Source: Vicinamibacterales bacterium (GTDB lineage: Bacteria > Acidobacteriota > Vicinamibacteria > Vicinamibacterales > UBA8438). From it: a DNA stretch of 64,000 bases. The position numbers and the translations under genes were made by a program. Shown here in pieces: positions 55,402 to 64,000 of the stretch. Each line of letters opens with the position of its first letter. Positions within the stretch are counted from its first letter, which is position 1. Location: the NCBI GenBank assembly GCA_965199675.1, contig CBDATI010000028.1:19205-83204 (forward strand). Direction: 5' to 3'. The notes beneath the pieces are model-generated. The model did not search any database. It was not told where the DNA came from and saw nothing but the letters and a program-made list of their open reading frames with translations.

Positions 55402-56988
55402 ATGCGCAAGTCTCTCGCGGCCGTCCTGGCGTTGGCCGGGGCATGGATCCTCCTGGCCACGGCTCCCGCCGTCGGCCAGCTCGCGGCGACGCCGCCCGGC
55501 GCCTGCGCCGCTTCGCCGGCTGACTGGCCCGGTCTCGACGGCGGCCCCGCGTGGAACGGCTGGGGGGCGGGGGTGACGAACACCCGCTTCCAGCCGGCGG
55601 ACCAGGCCGGGCTGACGGCGGCTGACGTGCCGCGCCTGCGGCTCAAGTGGGCGTTCGGCTATCCGCGCACGGCCACCGCGCAGTCGCAGCCCACGGTCGT
55701 GGGGGGACGCCTGTTCGTGGCCAGCGAGCGCGGCGAGGTCTTCGCGCTCGACGCCGCCACCGGCTGCACCCACTGGACGTTCGAGGCGGCGGGCGGCGTC
55801 CGCAGCGCCATGACCGTGACCCGCCTCGCCGACGGCCGGCACGCGCTCTTCTTCGGCGACTTCTCGGCCAACGTCTACGCGCTCGACGCCGCGACCGGGG
55901 CCGAGATCTGGCGCCGCGACGTCGACAGCCACCCCGGGGCCCGCATCACCGGGGCGCCGGTCGAGCACGAGGGCCGGCTCTACGTGCCGGTGTCGTCGCT
56001 GGAGGAGCTGCTGGCCGCCAACCCCCGCTACCCGTGCTGCACCTTCCGCGGCAGCATCGCCGCCCTCGACGCGGCGACCGGCGAGTTGGTCTGGCAGAGC
56101 TACACCATCGAGGAGCCGCCGGGGCCGCGCGGACGCAACCCCGCCGGCACCGACCTCATGGGGCCGTCGGGTGCGGCGGTGTGGTCGGCCCCGACCGTCG
56201 ACGCGAGACGCGGGCTCCTCTACGTCGCCACCGGCAACGCCTACACGGAGCCCGCCGCCGCCACCAGCGACGCCATCATCGCATTGGACCTCGAGACCGG
56301 CGCGGTCCGGTGGGCCAACCAGTTCACGCCGGGCGACGCCTTCATCCTCAACTGCGGCGGCGACAACCCCAACTGTCCCGAGGAGGAGGGCCCCGACTTC
56401 GACTTCGGCGCGTCGCCGGTGCTGGTGACGACGGCGGACGGCCGCGACCTCGTGGTCATCGGCCAGAAGTCGGGGGTCGGCTACGCCCTCGACCCCGACC
56501 GCGACGGCGCCGTCGTCTGGCGCTACCAGGTCGGGGCGGGCAGCCTGCTCGGCGGCATCGAGTGGGGCTTTGCGGTCGACGCCGAGAAGGCGTACTTCGC
56601 CAACTCGGACTACCTGACCCCGGAGCCGGGGGGCCTCGCCGCGGTGCGCCTGACCACCGGCGAACTGGTGTGGTTCGCCGAGCCCCACGAGCCGGTCTGC
56701 GAGGGGTGCAGCCCGGCGCTGCTGGCCGCCGTCACCGCCATGCCGGGGGCCGTCTTCTCCGGCGCCCACGACGGCCTCTTCCGCGCCTACGACACCGACG
56801 ACGGGTCGGTCCTCTGGGCGTTCGACACCAACGGCGAGCACGCGACGGTGAACGGCGTCGAGGCCCGGGGCGGGTCGATCAACGGCCCCGGCCCGGTCGT
56901 CGTCGGGGGCATGGTCTACGTCAACTCGGGCTACGCCGCGTTCGGCGGCCGGCCCGGCAACGTCCTGCTGGCCTTCGGCCTCGATTGA
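55402..56988 (+). CDS. Secreted PQQ-dependent dehydrogenase-like beta-propeller protein (PVA-dehydrogenase-like)
   Basis: Start moved to ATG 55402 (CAGGAG upstream). Signal peptide MRKSLAAVLALAGAWILLATAPAVG. Repeated PQQ-propeller units (GEVFALDAATGCTHW, NVYALDAATGAEIWR, GSIAALDAATGELVWQ, IIALDLETGAVRW, GLAAVRLTTGELVW, GLFRAYDTDDGSVLW). Confidence 0.85.
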   Translation: MRKSLAAVLALAGAWILLATAPAVGQLAATPPGACAASPADWPGLDGGPAWNGWGAGVTNTRFQPADQAGLTAADVPRLRLKWAFGYPRTATAQSQPTVVGGRLFVASERGEVFALDAATGCTHWTFEAAGGVRSAMTVTRLADGRHALFFGDFSANVYALDAATGAEIWRRDVDSHPGARITGAPVEHEGRLYVPVSSLEELLAANPRYPCCTFRGSIAALDAATGELVWQSYTIEEPPGPRGRNPAGTDLMGPSGAAVWSAPTVDARRGLLYVATGNAYTEPAAATSDAIIALDLETGAVRWANQFTPGDAFILNCGGDNPNCPEEEGPDFDFGASPVLVTTADGRDLVVIGQKSGVGYALDPDRDGAVVWRYQVGAGSLLGGIEWGFAVDAEKAYFANSDYLTPEPGGLAAVRLTTGELVWFAEPHEPVCEGCSPALLAAVTAMPGAVFSGAHDGLFRAYDTDDGSVLWAFDTNGEHATVNGVEARGGSINGPGPVVVGGMVYVNSGYAAFGGRPGNVLLAFGLD

Positions 56989-57128
56989 CGCGTCCTTCCC
57001 GCCCGCGGCCCGGCCGACGAACCGCGCGGCCGGTGCGCGGCCAGGGCCGGTCGAATCCACCGATGCGACCGGGGACCGGCGAGCCCGGTCGGGGGAGTGT
57101 CCGAGGGCCGTCAGTCGGGGGCAGATCG

Positions 57129-57890
57129 ATGCGTCTTTACAGCGAGCTCGCGGCGTGGTGGCCGCTCGTGGACGACCCGGCGGACTATGCCGAGGAGGCC
57201 GACGTCTACGCCGACAGGTTGCAGGAGGCGTGCGACGGACCGATAGAGTCTCTCCTGGAGCTGGGCTGCGGCGGCGGGAACACCGCCTCGCACCTGAAAC
57301 GGCGGTTCTCCCGCCTGCTGCTCACCGACGTGTCTCCCGAGATGCTCGCGGTCAGCCGCGCCCTCAACCCGGAGTGCGAGCACCAGGTCGGGGACATGCG
57401 CGCCCTGCGCGTGGGCCGGACGTTCGACGCCGTCTTCGTCCACGACGCCGTCTGCTACATGACGACCGAGGCCGACCTGCGGCGCGCCATGGAGACGGCG
57501 TGGGACCACTGCCGCCCCGGCGGCGCCGCGCTGTTCCAGCCCGACTACGTCCGGGAGAACTTCCGGGCGGCGGCGTCCGCGGGCGGCTGCGACGAGCCCC
57601 CGCCCCCCGGATCCGACGGGGGCTGCGCGAGGGGGTTGCGCTATCTGGAGTGGGTCTGGGATCCCGATCCGGGCGATACGGAGTATCTCGCCGACTTCGC
57701 TTTCTTGTTGCGCGAGCGCGACGGATCGGTCCGCTCCGTGCACGAGCGGCATGTCGAGGGCCTGTTCGCGCGCGACCGCTGGCTGAACCTCCTCGCCGAG
57801 GTCGGGTTCGAGGCCCGCTGCGCCCCGCTCGTGCTCTCTGACGTGGAGCCGGGCCGGCACGAGACGTTCGTGGGGCGCCGACCGCGCTGA
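57129..57890 (+). CDS. Class I SAM-dependent methyltransferase
   Basis: Start moved to ATG 57129. SLLELGCGGGNTASHL (GxGxG motif I), LLLTDVSPEML, FDAVFVHDAVCYM. Confidence 0.85.
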   Translation: MRLYSELAAWWPLVDDPADYAEEADVYADRLQEACDGPIESLLELGCGGGNTASHLKRRFSRLLLTDVSPEMLAVSRALNPECEHQVGDMRALRVGRTFDAVFVHDAVCYMTTEADLRRAMETAWDHCRPGGAALFQPDYVRENFRAAASAGGCDEPPPPGSDGGCARGLRYLEWVWDPDPGDTEYLADFAFLLRERDGSVRSVHERHVEGLFARDRWLNLLAEVGFEARCAPLVLSDVEPGRHETFVGRRPR

Positions 57891-58010
57891 CGGCGAGCCA
57901 CGAACTGTTCCCCCGGGACCGTCGCGCGACTCCCGCCCGGGCCTTCGGGACGGGGTTCGCTCGACGACCTTGCGCACGCCACCATCGACCCGGGCGGCGT
58001 GGGCTGCCGC

Positions 58011-58571
58011 CTACGGGATCAGGTCGCGGACGGCGATCGCCGCTGCCGGCCGGGCGAGCGGTGCGATTGTCTCGCCGGCGCCGCGCACGAGAACGGTGCG
58101 GTACCCCGTTTCGACGGGGTCGCGGTGCACTTCGAGACGGGCGTCGGGGAGGGCGATGACCCAGTACTCGGGAATGCCGTGGCGCGCATAGAGGCGCTGC
58201 TTGACGGTCCGGTCGCGGAGCAGCGAAACGTCGGACACCTCGACGACGAGCAGCGCGGTCGTCGGGTGGGCGGCGAGATAGTCGACCTCCCGCCCCGTGA
58301 CCACCGCGAGGTCCGGCTCGGGCTCCGAGTCGTCGCCGACGGCCAGGGGACACTGCAGGCGCACCGTGCAGCCGGCGCCGAACGCCTCACGCAGGATCGC
58401 GCCGGCGAGGCCGACGACCGCGGCGTGCCGGCTGCCCTGGGGGGTCATCGCGAGAAGCTGTCCGTCGATCAGCTCGAGGCGGTCGTCGGGTCCGAAGACG
58501 CCGGCGTCGACCGCGCGGTCGTAGGCGTCGCGGCTCCAGGCATACGCGTTCCCGGTGATGGTATCGGCCAC
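58011..58571 (-). CDS. Uma2 (DUF820) family endonuclease, intact
   Basis: 186 aa. RLELIDGQLLAMTPQGSRHAAVV...PEPDLAVV...ALLVVEVSDVSLLRDRTVKQRLYARHGIPEYWVIALPDARLEVHRDP is a PD-(D/E)xK-type Uma2 signature. Confidence 0.85.
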   Translation of the reverse strand: MADTITGNAYAWSRDAYDRAVDAGVFGPDDRLELIDGQLLAMTPQGSRHAAVVGLAGAILREAFGAGCTVRLQCPLAVGDDSEPEPDLAVVTGREVDYLAAHPTTALLVVEVSDVSLLRDRTVKQRLYARHGIPEYWVIALPDARLEVHRDPVETGYRTVLVRGAGETIAPLARPAAAIAVRDLIP

Positions 58572-58719
58572 GATGTCCTCGGGGGGGCGATTGTACTACC
58601 GGGCAACCCTCCGTGCGTAGCGGTCCGCCGGGCGCGCGTCGAGCGTGTGACGGGAGGTCTGTCGCAGCCGCTTCGCGGGGCGCCGGGAGCACCGAGCCGA
58701 GAAGGCGGCCCGACCGTCT

Positions 58720-58800
58720 CACCCGTCCGACGCGTCGTCGAGGCCGGCTGCAAGCACGTCGCCGGCAACCGGTTCAAGCGCACCGGCATGCGCCGGACCG
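58720..58800 (+). mobile_element. Relic of a transposase C-terminus (ISKra4/UPF0236-like tail motif)
   Basis: One frame reads ...SPVRRVVEAGCKHVAGNRFKRTGMRRT. It resembles the (GSG)vVEa.CK.vvg.RlKrsGMRW tail I recall from that transposase family. No further transposase sequence or terminal repeats are visible. Confidence 0.35.
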
Positions 58801-58866
58801 CTGCATGTACCCCGCGCCGCCCATGCCGGTTGCCGGCGCCCGCGGTCGAGGCCCGATGCTCGGCAA

Positions 58867-59598
58867 TCACGGGCGGGTCCGCGGGTCGTCGGCAGAGGCG
58901 ATGGCGAAGGCGACGGTCGTCATTCCCCGCCGGCCGGTCTCCCGCTCCAGCCGCTCGGTCAGCGGATCTTCCACGCGCCCCACGTCGATGGTCTCGCGCG
59001 CTGCTTCGATCTCTTCGGCGGCCGCCCCCTTGAAGCAGAGCGGGCAGGGGGGGAGGTCGTCACCGCCGAGCCGAACCGGGGGGCCGTAGGTGCGGCAGGC
59101 GACCGGGCGCCACGCGTAGACGGTGCAGGCGCCGCTGTCGGGATCGAGGGCGGGGCACGGCTCCGACGCGAACGCCTCGTAGAACCGCTCTTCCTCGGCC
59201 TCGGTCGCGAAGAGGCCCGCGTCACCGCCGCCGAACGCCGGCGCCTGCCGCGCCACCGCCGCCGCCGCCCGGCCGCGGACGGCGGCGGCCCGGTCGGGCT
59301 CGGTCTCCGCCAGCGCGCGCAGCCCCTCCCGGAGGCGCCAGGCATCGAGCTGGGTGATGGCGAACGGGCCGAAGCAGCAGGGCGTGCAGCCCGATTCACA
59401 GGCCAGATGCGTTCCGGCCGCCGCGCGCGCCCGGCCCGTCGCGGCCTCGACGAGGGTCAGCAGCCGCCGGTCTTCCGCCTTCAGCGCCTCGCGGCCGGCT
59501 GCGCGATCCGAGGCGTGGTCGGTCGGCGCGGTTCCGGTTCCGGGATGTGCGTCACCAGTTTCCCGCATCGCATTGTCCTCTCCCGGCTCGTCGGGCAT
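58867..59598 (-). CDS. YkgJ-family cysteine-cluster (CxxCxxCC, UPF0153) protein
   Basis: THLACESGCTPCCFGPFAITQLD (CxxxCxxCC), a second cluster EPCPALDPDSGACTVYAWRPVACRTYG, and PPCPLCF. ATG 59568 is an alternative start. Confidence 0.8.
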   Translation of the reverse strand: MPDEPGEDNAMRETGDAHPGTGTAPTDHASDRAAGREALKAEDRRLLTLVEAATGRARAAAGTHLACESGCTPCCFGPFAITQLDAWRLREGLRALAETEPDRAAAVRGRAAAAVARQAPAFGGGDAGLFATEAEEERFYEAFASEPCPALDPDSGACTVYAWRPVACRTYGPPVRLGGDDLPPCPLCFKGAAAEEIEAARETIDVGRVEDPLTERLERETGRRGMTTVAFAIASADDPRTRP

Positions 59599-59706
59599 GA
59601 GCGAGTGGGCTCGACAGCCGTGGTGGAGTCGCGCGTTGCACCGAGAGTGGCGAAGGCGCCGGTCCGACCAGGCTGAGGCTGCACATGCCAGAGCTTCACC
59701 GGGCTG

Positions 59707-61011
59707 TCACCGGCTGGCCGCGGCGACTCGCTCGACCTCGCGCAGCACCCGCAGCAGATTCCCGCCCCAGAGCTGGGCGATCTCGGCCTCGGTGTAGCCG
59801 CGCCGCACCAGCTCGAGGGTGACGTTGAAGGTCTCGCCGGCGTGGTTCCAGCCCTCGACGCCGCCGCCGCCGTCGAAGTCCGAGCTGATGCCGACATGGT
59901 CGAGGCCGATCAGCTCGACCGCGTAGTCGACGTGGTCGACGAAGTCGGCGACATCGGCGGCCGGCCACTGCCGGTCGATCTCCGCCATCCGGCGGTCGTA
60001 CTCCGCGCGGGCCGCCTCGTCGAGGCCGGCGGGAGCCGCCGGGCCGAACCGCGGCAGCCCGAGGTCCGTCCGCAGGGCCCGGATGGCGTCGTCACGGGAC
60101 GCCGCGGCACTGCTGACGAAGGCGCCGAGGGCGACCGTCTGCATGACCCCGCCGTTGTCGCGCAGGGCGAGGAGCTGCTCGTCGTCGAGGTTGCGCGGGG
60201 TGTCGGCGATGGCCCGGACGCTGGAGTGCGAGGCGATGACGGGCGCCCGCGACAGCCGCACCGTGTCGAGCATCGCCGCCTTCGAGGCGTGCGAAACGTC
60301 GAGCATCATGCCCAGCCGGTTCGCCTCGGCGACGACCTCGGCCCCGAAGGTGCTGAGGCCGCCGTGCTCGGCCGGGGCGTCGCCGAGGTTCGGCCGCGGG
60401 TTCGCCGAGTCGGCGATGTCGTTGTGCCCGTTGTGGACGAGGCCGAAGTAGCGGGCGCCCAGATCGTGGTAGGTTTCCATGAGCGACAGGTCGCGGCCGA
60501 TGACGTAGCCGTTCTCGATGCCGATGGCCGCGATGGACCGGCCGCTCGCGGCGATGCGCTCGAAGTCGTCGGCGGTGTAGGCGATCGCGATCCGGTCTGG
60601 ATACATCTCCTCGGCCATGCGGCGGATGGCCTCGAACTTCGTCATCGCGTCGGCCTTGGCCTGGGCCTCGTTCTCCGGCGTCCGCGCGGTCTGTCCGACG
60701 TAGACGACGAAGAACCCGGCGTCGAGTCCCCCCTCCTCCATCTTCGGCAGGTCGAGCTGACGCCGGCCGCGCACCCCGGGATCGACATCCGCGGTGGCGA
60801 AGTCGAGGGGAATGTCGTCGTGGGTGTCGATGGTCAGCACCCGCTCGTGGATTGCGCGCGCCCGCGCGACGAGCGCCTCCTCGGTCTCCTGCACCGGGGC
60901 GGCGGACCGGGCCGCCGTCCCGGCACCGAGCAGCATCAGCGCCGCCAGCACCGCACGACCGCACCGCGCGCCGCCTCCCCGGCCAATGAACCTGGCTGCG
61001 AGCGTGGTCAT
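59707..61011 (-). CDS. Membrane/secreted dipeptidase, M19 (renal dipeptidase) family
   Basis: Start moved to ATG 61011 (AAGGAGGA upstream). Signal peptide. VLTIDTHDDIPL (HxD zinc motif), IGIENGY, GLVHNGHNDIADS, MMLDVSHAS, VIASHSSVRA, GISSDFDGGGG. Confidence 0.88.
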   Translation of the reverse strand: MTTLAARFIGRGGGARCGRAVLAALMLLGAGTAARSAAPVQETEEALVARARAIHERVLTIDTHDDIPLDFATADVDPGVRGRRQLDLPKMEEGGLDAGFFVVYVGQTARTPENEAQAKADAMTKFEAIRRMAEEMYPDRIAIAYTADDFERIAASGRSIAAIGIENGYVIGRDLSLMETYHDLGARYFGLVHNGHNDIADSANPRPNLGDAPAEHGGLSTFGAEVVAEANRLGMMLDVSHASKAAMLDTVRLSRAPVIASHSSVRAIADTPRNLDDEQLLALRDNGGVMQTVALGAFVSSAAASRDDAIRALRTDLGLPRFGPAAPAGLDEAARAEYDRRMAEIDRQWPAADVADFVDHVDYAVELIGLDHVGISSDFDGGGGVEGWNHAGETFNVTLELVRRGYTEAEIAQLWGGNLLRVLREVERVAAASR

Positions 61012-61237
61012 CGACGTCCTCCTTCTCGGACCGGTCCCGCCCTTGTGGGGGCTGCCGGCCCTGTCTATACTCGGATCAGGGCTCCGACTCTGACGACGAT
61101 ACCCCGCCGTGTCCACAGGCCGGGGAACGACGGCCCGTCTCGGCGAGTCGCCAGCCGTCCTCGCCGCCGCCGACCGGCCCCGCGTCCGCGCCGCGGAACG
61201 GCAGGGTGCGCCCGCGACGCTTTCCCGGCTACGCCAC

Positions 61238-62383
61238 ATGCTCTCCTGCCAACGCTCCGCCTTCACGTTGCCCGACGGCGTCCACTATCTCAACTGCGCG
61301 TACATGGCGCCGCTCGCCGCCGCCGTCCGGGCCGCCGGCGTTCGGGGCATCGACCGGCGGACGGCTCCTCACTTGATCCGCCCCGAGGACTTCTTCGACG
61401 AGAGCCACCACCTGCGCTGCCTCTTCTCCCGGGTCGTCAACGTCCCCGATGCGAACCGCGTGGCCATCGTCCCGTCGGTGTCCTACGGGCTGGCCGCCGT
61501 CGCCCGCAACGTCGCCGCCGCGCGTGGCGACAACATCGTCATCCTCGAAGAGCAGTTCCCCAGCAACGTCTACGTCTGGCGCCGGCTGTGCGCCGAACGC
61601 GGCCTCGAGCTGCGCACCGTGGCGCCGCCGCCGGATGCCCGCGGCCGAGCCCTCGAATGGAACATCCGGCTGCTCTCGAGCATCGACCGGCGCACCGCCC
61701 TCGTCTCCGTGCCCCACGTCCACTGGGCCGACGGCACGCTGTTCGACCTCGAGCGGGTCGGCGAGCGCGCCCGCGACTGCGACGCCCTCCTCGTCGTCGA
61801 CGGGACCCAATCGGTGGGGGCCATGCCGTTCGACGTCCAGCGCATCCAACCCGACGCCCTCGTCTGCGCCGGCTACAAGTGGCTCCTCGGCCCCTACTCG
61901 ACGGGGCTCGCCTATTACGGGCCGGCCTTCGACCATGGTACGCCGATCGAGGAGAACTGGATAACCCGCCGCGGCAGCGAGGCGTTCGCCGAGCTCGTCC
62001 GCTATCGGGACGAGTACCAGCCGGCGGCCCTCCGTTACGACGTCGGCGAGCGCTCGAACTTCGTGCTCCTGCCCATGCTCGTCGCCGCCCTCGATCTCGT
62101 CCTCGAGTGGACGGTCCCCGCCATCCAGGCCTACTGCCGCGTACTGACGGAGCCCCTGGCCCGCACCCTCCGCGACCGCGGGCACTGGGTCGAGGAGCCG
62201 CGTTGGCGCGGCGGTCATCTGTTCGGGGTGCGGGTGCGCGAGTCCGTCGACCGCGCGCGACTCGCCGAGCGCCTGCGAGAGCGGCAGGTCGCGGTGTCGT
62301 TCCGCGGCGACGCCATCCGCGTCGCGCCCCACCTCTACAACGACGCCGACGACGCCGCCGCTCTCCTCGACGCGGTCGGGTGA
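61238..62383 (+). CDS. Aminotransferase class V-fold PLP-dependent enzyme
   Basis: Start moved to ATG 61238. LPDGVHYLNCAYMAP..., LLVVDGTQSVGAMPFDV, the PLP-lysine context ALVCAGYKWLLGPYSTGLAY, and IRVAPHLYN. Confidence 0.8.
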   Translation: MLSCQRSAFTLPDGVHYLNCAYMAPLAAAVRAAGVRGIDRRTAPHLIRPEDFFDESHHLRCLFSRVVNVPDANRVAIVPSVSYGLAAVARNVAAARGDNIVILEEQFPSNVYVWRRLCAERGLELRTVAPPPDARGRALEWNIRLLSSIDRRTALVSVPHVHWADGTLFDLERVGERARDCDALLVVDGTQSVGAMPFDVQRIQPDALVCAGYKWLLGPYSTGLAYYGPAFDHGTPIEENWITRRGSEAFAELVRYRDEYQPAALRYDVGERSNFVLLPMLVAALDLVLEWTVPAIQAYCRVLTEPLARTLRDRGHWVEEPRWRGGHLFGVRVRESVDRARLAERLRERQVAVSFRGDAIRVAPHLYNDADDAAALLDAVG

Positions 62384-62390
62384 CGGGGGG

Positions 62391-62560
62391 CGATGCGTTC
62401 CCGGGGCGCGGTCCCCTTCACGAGACGCCCGCGGCGGGGCGGTCGGCAGACCGGCGACTCGGGCTCGCCGCCGTGGGGATGAAGGGCGTCGATGCGTTCC
62501 TGGGGGCGCGGTTCCCTTCTTCGCGACGACGCCCGCGGGACGCCGGTCGGCAGACCGACG
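62391..62560. repeat. Imperfect ~65-70-bp direct repeat pair in an intergenic region
   Basis: CGATGCGTTCCCGGGGCGCGGTCCCCTTC...ACGCCCGCGGCGGGGCGGTCGGCAGACCGGCG (62391-62456) versus CGATGCGTTCCTGGGGGCGCGGTTCCCTTC...ACGCCCGCGGGACGCCGGTCGGCAGACCGACG (62490-62560). Both share the core CGGTCGGCAG, which also occurs in the 55.2-kb repeats. Confidence 0.7.
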
Positions 62561-62663
62561 GTGACAGGATGTCGCGTCCCGGCAGCGGCTACGGGGCGCC
62601 GGCGGCGTCGGGGCTCCCGTCGTCATTCGGGGTCGGGACGCGATGGAGACGCGCCGCCCGGGG

Positions 62664-64000
62664 CTACGGGACGACGTCGGCGTGGCTGTCCCCGTTCCCG
62701 TCGTCGATCGGGGGTCGGAACGCGATGGGGACGCGCCGCGCGAAGTCGCGGAAATGCCGGTCGGCCTCGGCGTCGCGTCCGAGTCGTGCGGCGACGGCGC
62801 CCTGGTAGTAGCTCAGGCCCGCCGTCACGAAGTCTCGTTCGGCGGCGGTCAGCAGGGCCAGGTGCGGGTCGCGCGCGGGCGGCGCCGACGCCGCCAGCTC
62901 GCGGAGGAAGGTCGCGAGCTCGGGGCCGTTGAACCATCCCCTCGTCCCCGCGCGCTCCTCGCGCTGGGTCACCGGAGCCAGGTACTCGACGAGCGGCCGG
63001 TCGTCGGTGTTGATGGGACCGGGCGGAATCAGCCCGTCGGCCGCCGACAGGTTCCCCGCATAGAACGGCAGCGTGACCGCGAGGGCGGCGGCGTCGGGCA
63101 GCGGCGCCCCGCCGCTCAGGTACCGCCCGTTGCGCTCGATCACGTCGGGATCGAGCCGGGTCGGTTCGGTCGCGCCGACCAACGCCGCGAACGGCGTCTC
63201 CGCGCTGAAGGCGCCGCGCCACAGCGTCACCTGCTCGAAGACGCCGAGCATCGTGCGAGCCACGAGGTCGAACTCGCGGCGCGACACCTGGAACAGCGGC
63301 AGCCACTGGACGAAGAGCCCCCCGGCCGTGAGCCGGTCGCGCGCCGCCTCGAAGTGCTCGCGGCTGTAGAGGTTGCCGACGCCGGCCCGCCAGGGGACGA
63401 ACAGGTCGGCGATGATCATGTCGTAGCGCTCCGCCGTGCCCAGCAGGTGATTGCGGGCGTCGCAGGCGCGGACCGTCGCCCGGGGGTCGGTGAAGAGCCC
63501 GCCGCTCGGCCCGTCGAAGTACGTCTCGGCGGCCGCGATCACGTCCGGCGCGATCTCGCAGACGAGGAGCCGTTCGACCGGGTGCCGCAGCGCCGCCCCC
63601 GCGGTGATGCCCGTTCCGAGGCCGAGGAGGAAGACCGCGCGTGGCTCCGGGTGGGTCATCAGGGGAATCAGGGCCTGGTTCTGCTCCTGCTCGAGGGAGC
63701 CCGTCCCGCCCAGCGTGTAGAAGTTGTTCATCTCGATGCGGCGGTTCCCGGCACGCTCGATGACGGCGACGACGCCGTCGGGGCCCTCCCAGGTGGCGAG
63801 GAGCCTTTCGCCGCGCCTCGCGTTGACCTCGACGACGCTCAGGCGCGAGGCGTCGAGCACCGTGCCGAGCAGGGCGAGGGCGCCGAGGGCGGCCGCGGTC
63901 GGTGCGAGCCGCGCGCGAGGCGCCGGCCAGCCGCGCCAGGCGGTCGCCAGGGCGAGGACGAGGTAGCCGGCGGCGACGAGCCGGATGCTGTTCCAGAGCC
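62664..64000 (-). CDS. Spermidine-synthase-like (polyamine aminopropyltransferase fold) protein with membrane N-terminus; 5' end beyond window
   Basis: The frame stays open to the window end (upstream residues ...WNSIRLVAAGYLVLALATAW... look like TM helices). VFLLGLGTGITAGAAL (SAM-binding GxGxG), YDMIIADLFVPW, LYSREHFEAARDRLTAGGLFVQW, and a helical C-terminal extension. Confidence 0.8.
   Translation of the reverse strand, partial: LWNSIRLVAAGYLVLALATAWRGWPAPRARLAPTAAALGALALLGTVLDASRLSVVEVNARRGERLLATWEGPDGVVAVIERAGNRRIEMNNFYTLGGTGSLEQEQNQALIPLMTHPEPRAVFLLGLGTGITAGAALRHPVERLLVCEIAPDVIAAAETYFDGPSGGLFTDPRATVRACDARNHLLGTAERYDMIIADLFVPWRAGVGNLYSREHFEAARDRLTAGGLFVQWLPLFQVSRREFDLVARTMLGVFEQVTLWRGAFSAETPFAALVGATEPTRLDPDVIERNGRYLSGGAPLPDAAALAVTLPFYAGNLSAADGLIPPGPINTDDRPLVEYLAPVTQREERAGTRGWFNGPELATFLRELAASAPPARDPHLALLTAAERDFVTAGLSYYQGAVAARLGRDAEADRHFRDFARRVPIAFRPPIDDGNGDSHADVVP

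Overview
High-GC (about 70%) bacterial chromosomal window, densely coding on both strands. The gene content (CarbopepD_reg-type TonB receptors, a PSCyt-like cytochrome fusion, a complete MoxR-DUF58-BatABCDE cluster) suggests an Acidobacteriota- or Gemmatimonadota-like organism; this is inference only. Many long ORFs in the supplied track are antisense or out-of-frame artefacts of the GC content (Arg/Pro/Gly/Ala-rich translations). I re-derived starts from motifs, Shine-Dalgarno sites and stop/start overlaps. Core landmarks are SRP RNA(ffs)-dnaX-ybaB-recR, tRNA-Ser(GGA), tRNA-Asn(GTT), trxA, cca, an ECF sigma/anti-sigma pair, two TonB-dependent receptors (one truncated by the window edge) and an 8-gene MoxR/Bat operon (25.4-33.9 kb) in which every gene junction overlaps. 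Accessory content is rich in small conflict modules, and many are decayed. A toxin-antitoxin islet at 15.2-19.9 kb holds DUF433, an HTH-ImmA/IrrE peptidase + PIN-like pair, VapBC, a gutted SF2-helicase/nuclease gene and an orphan VapB-like antitoxin. Elsewhere there are HepT/MntA, two Uma2 genes (one frameshifted), Fic, a DUF4276-like relic, a transposase-tail relic, and a decayed Hsp70-like gene coupled to an intact zinc-ribbon ORF next to tRNA-Ser. I found no CRISPR array, no rRNA and no intact mobile element. I did not find an unambiguous new multi-gene system. The best follow-up candidates are the ImmA/IrrE-PIN module, the anti-sigma factor with an apparently dead HNH-like sensor domain, the Hsp70-like/zinc-ribbon locus, and the duplicated-palindrome control region between a DUF6644-like membrane gene and a PQQ dehydrogenase. 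All family names come from motif recognition by eye, not from searches.
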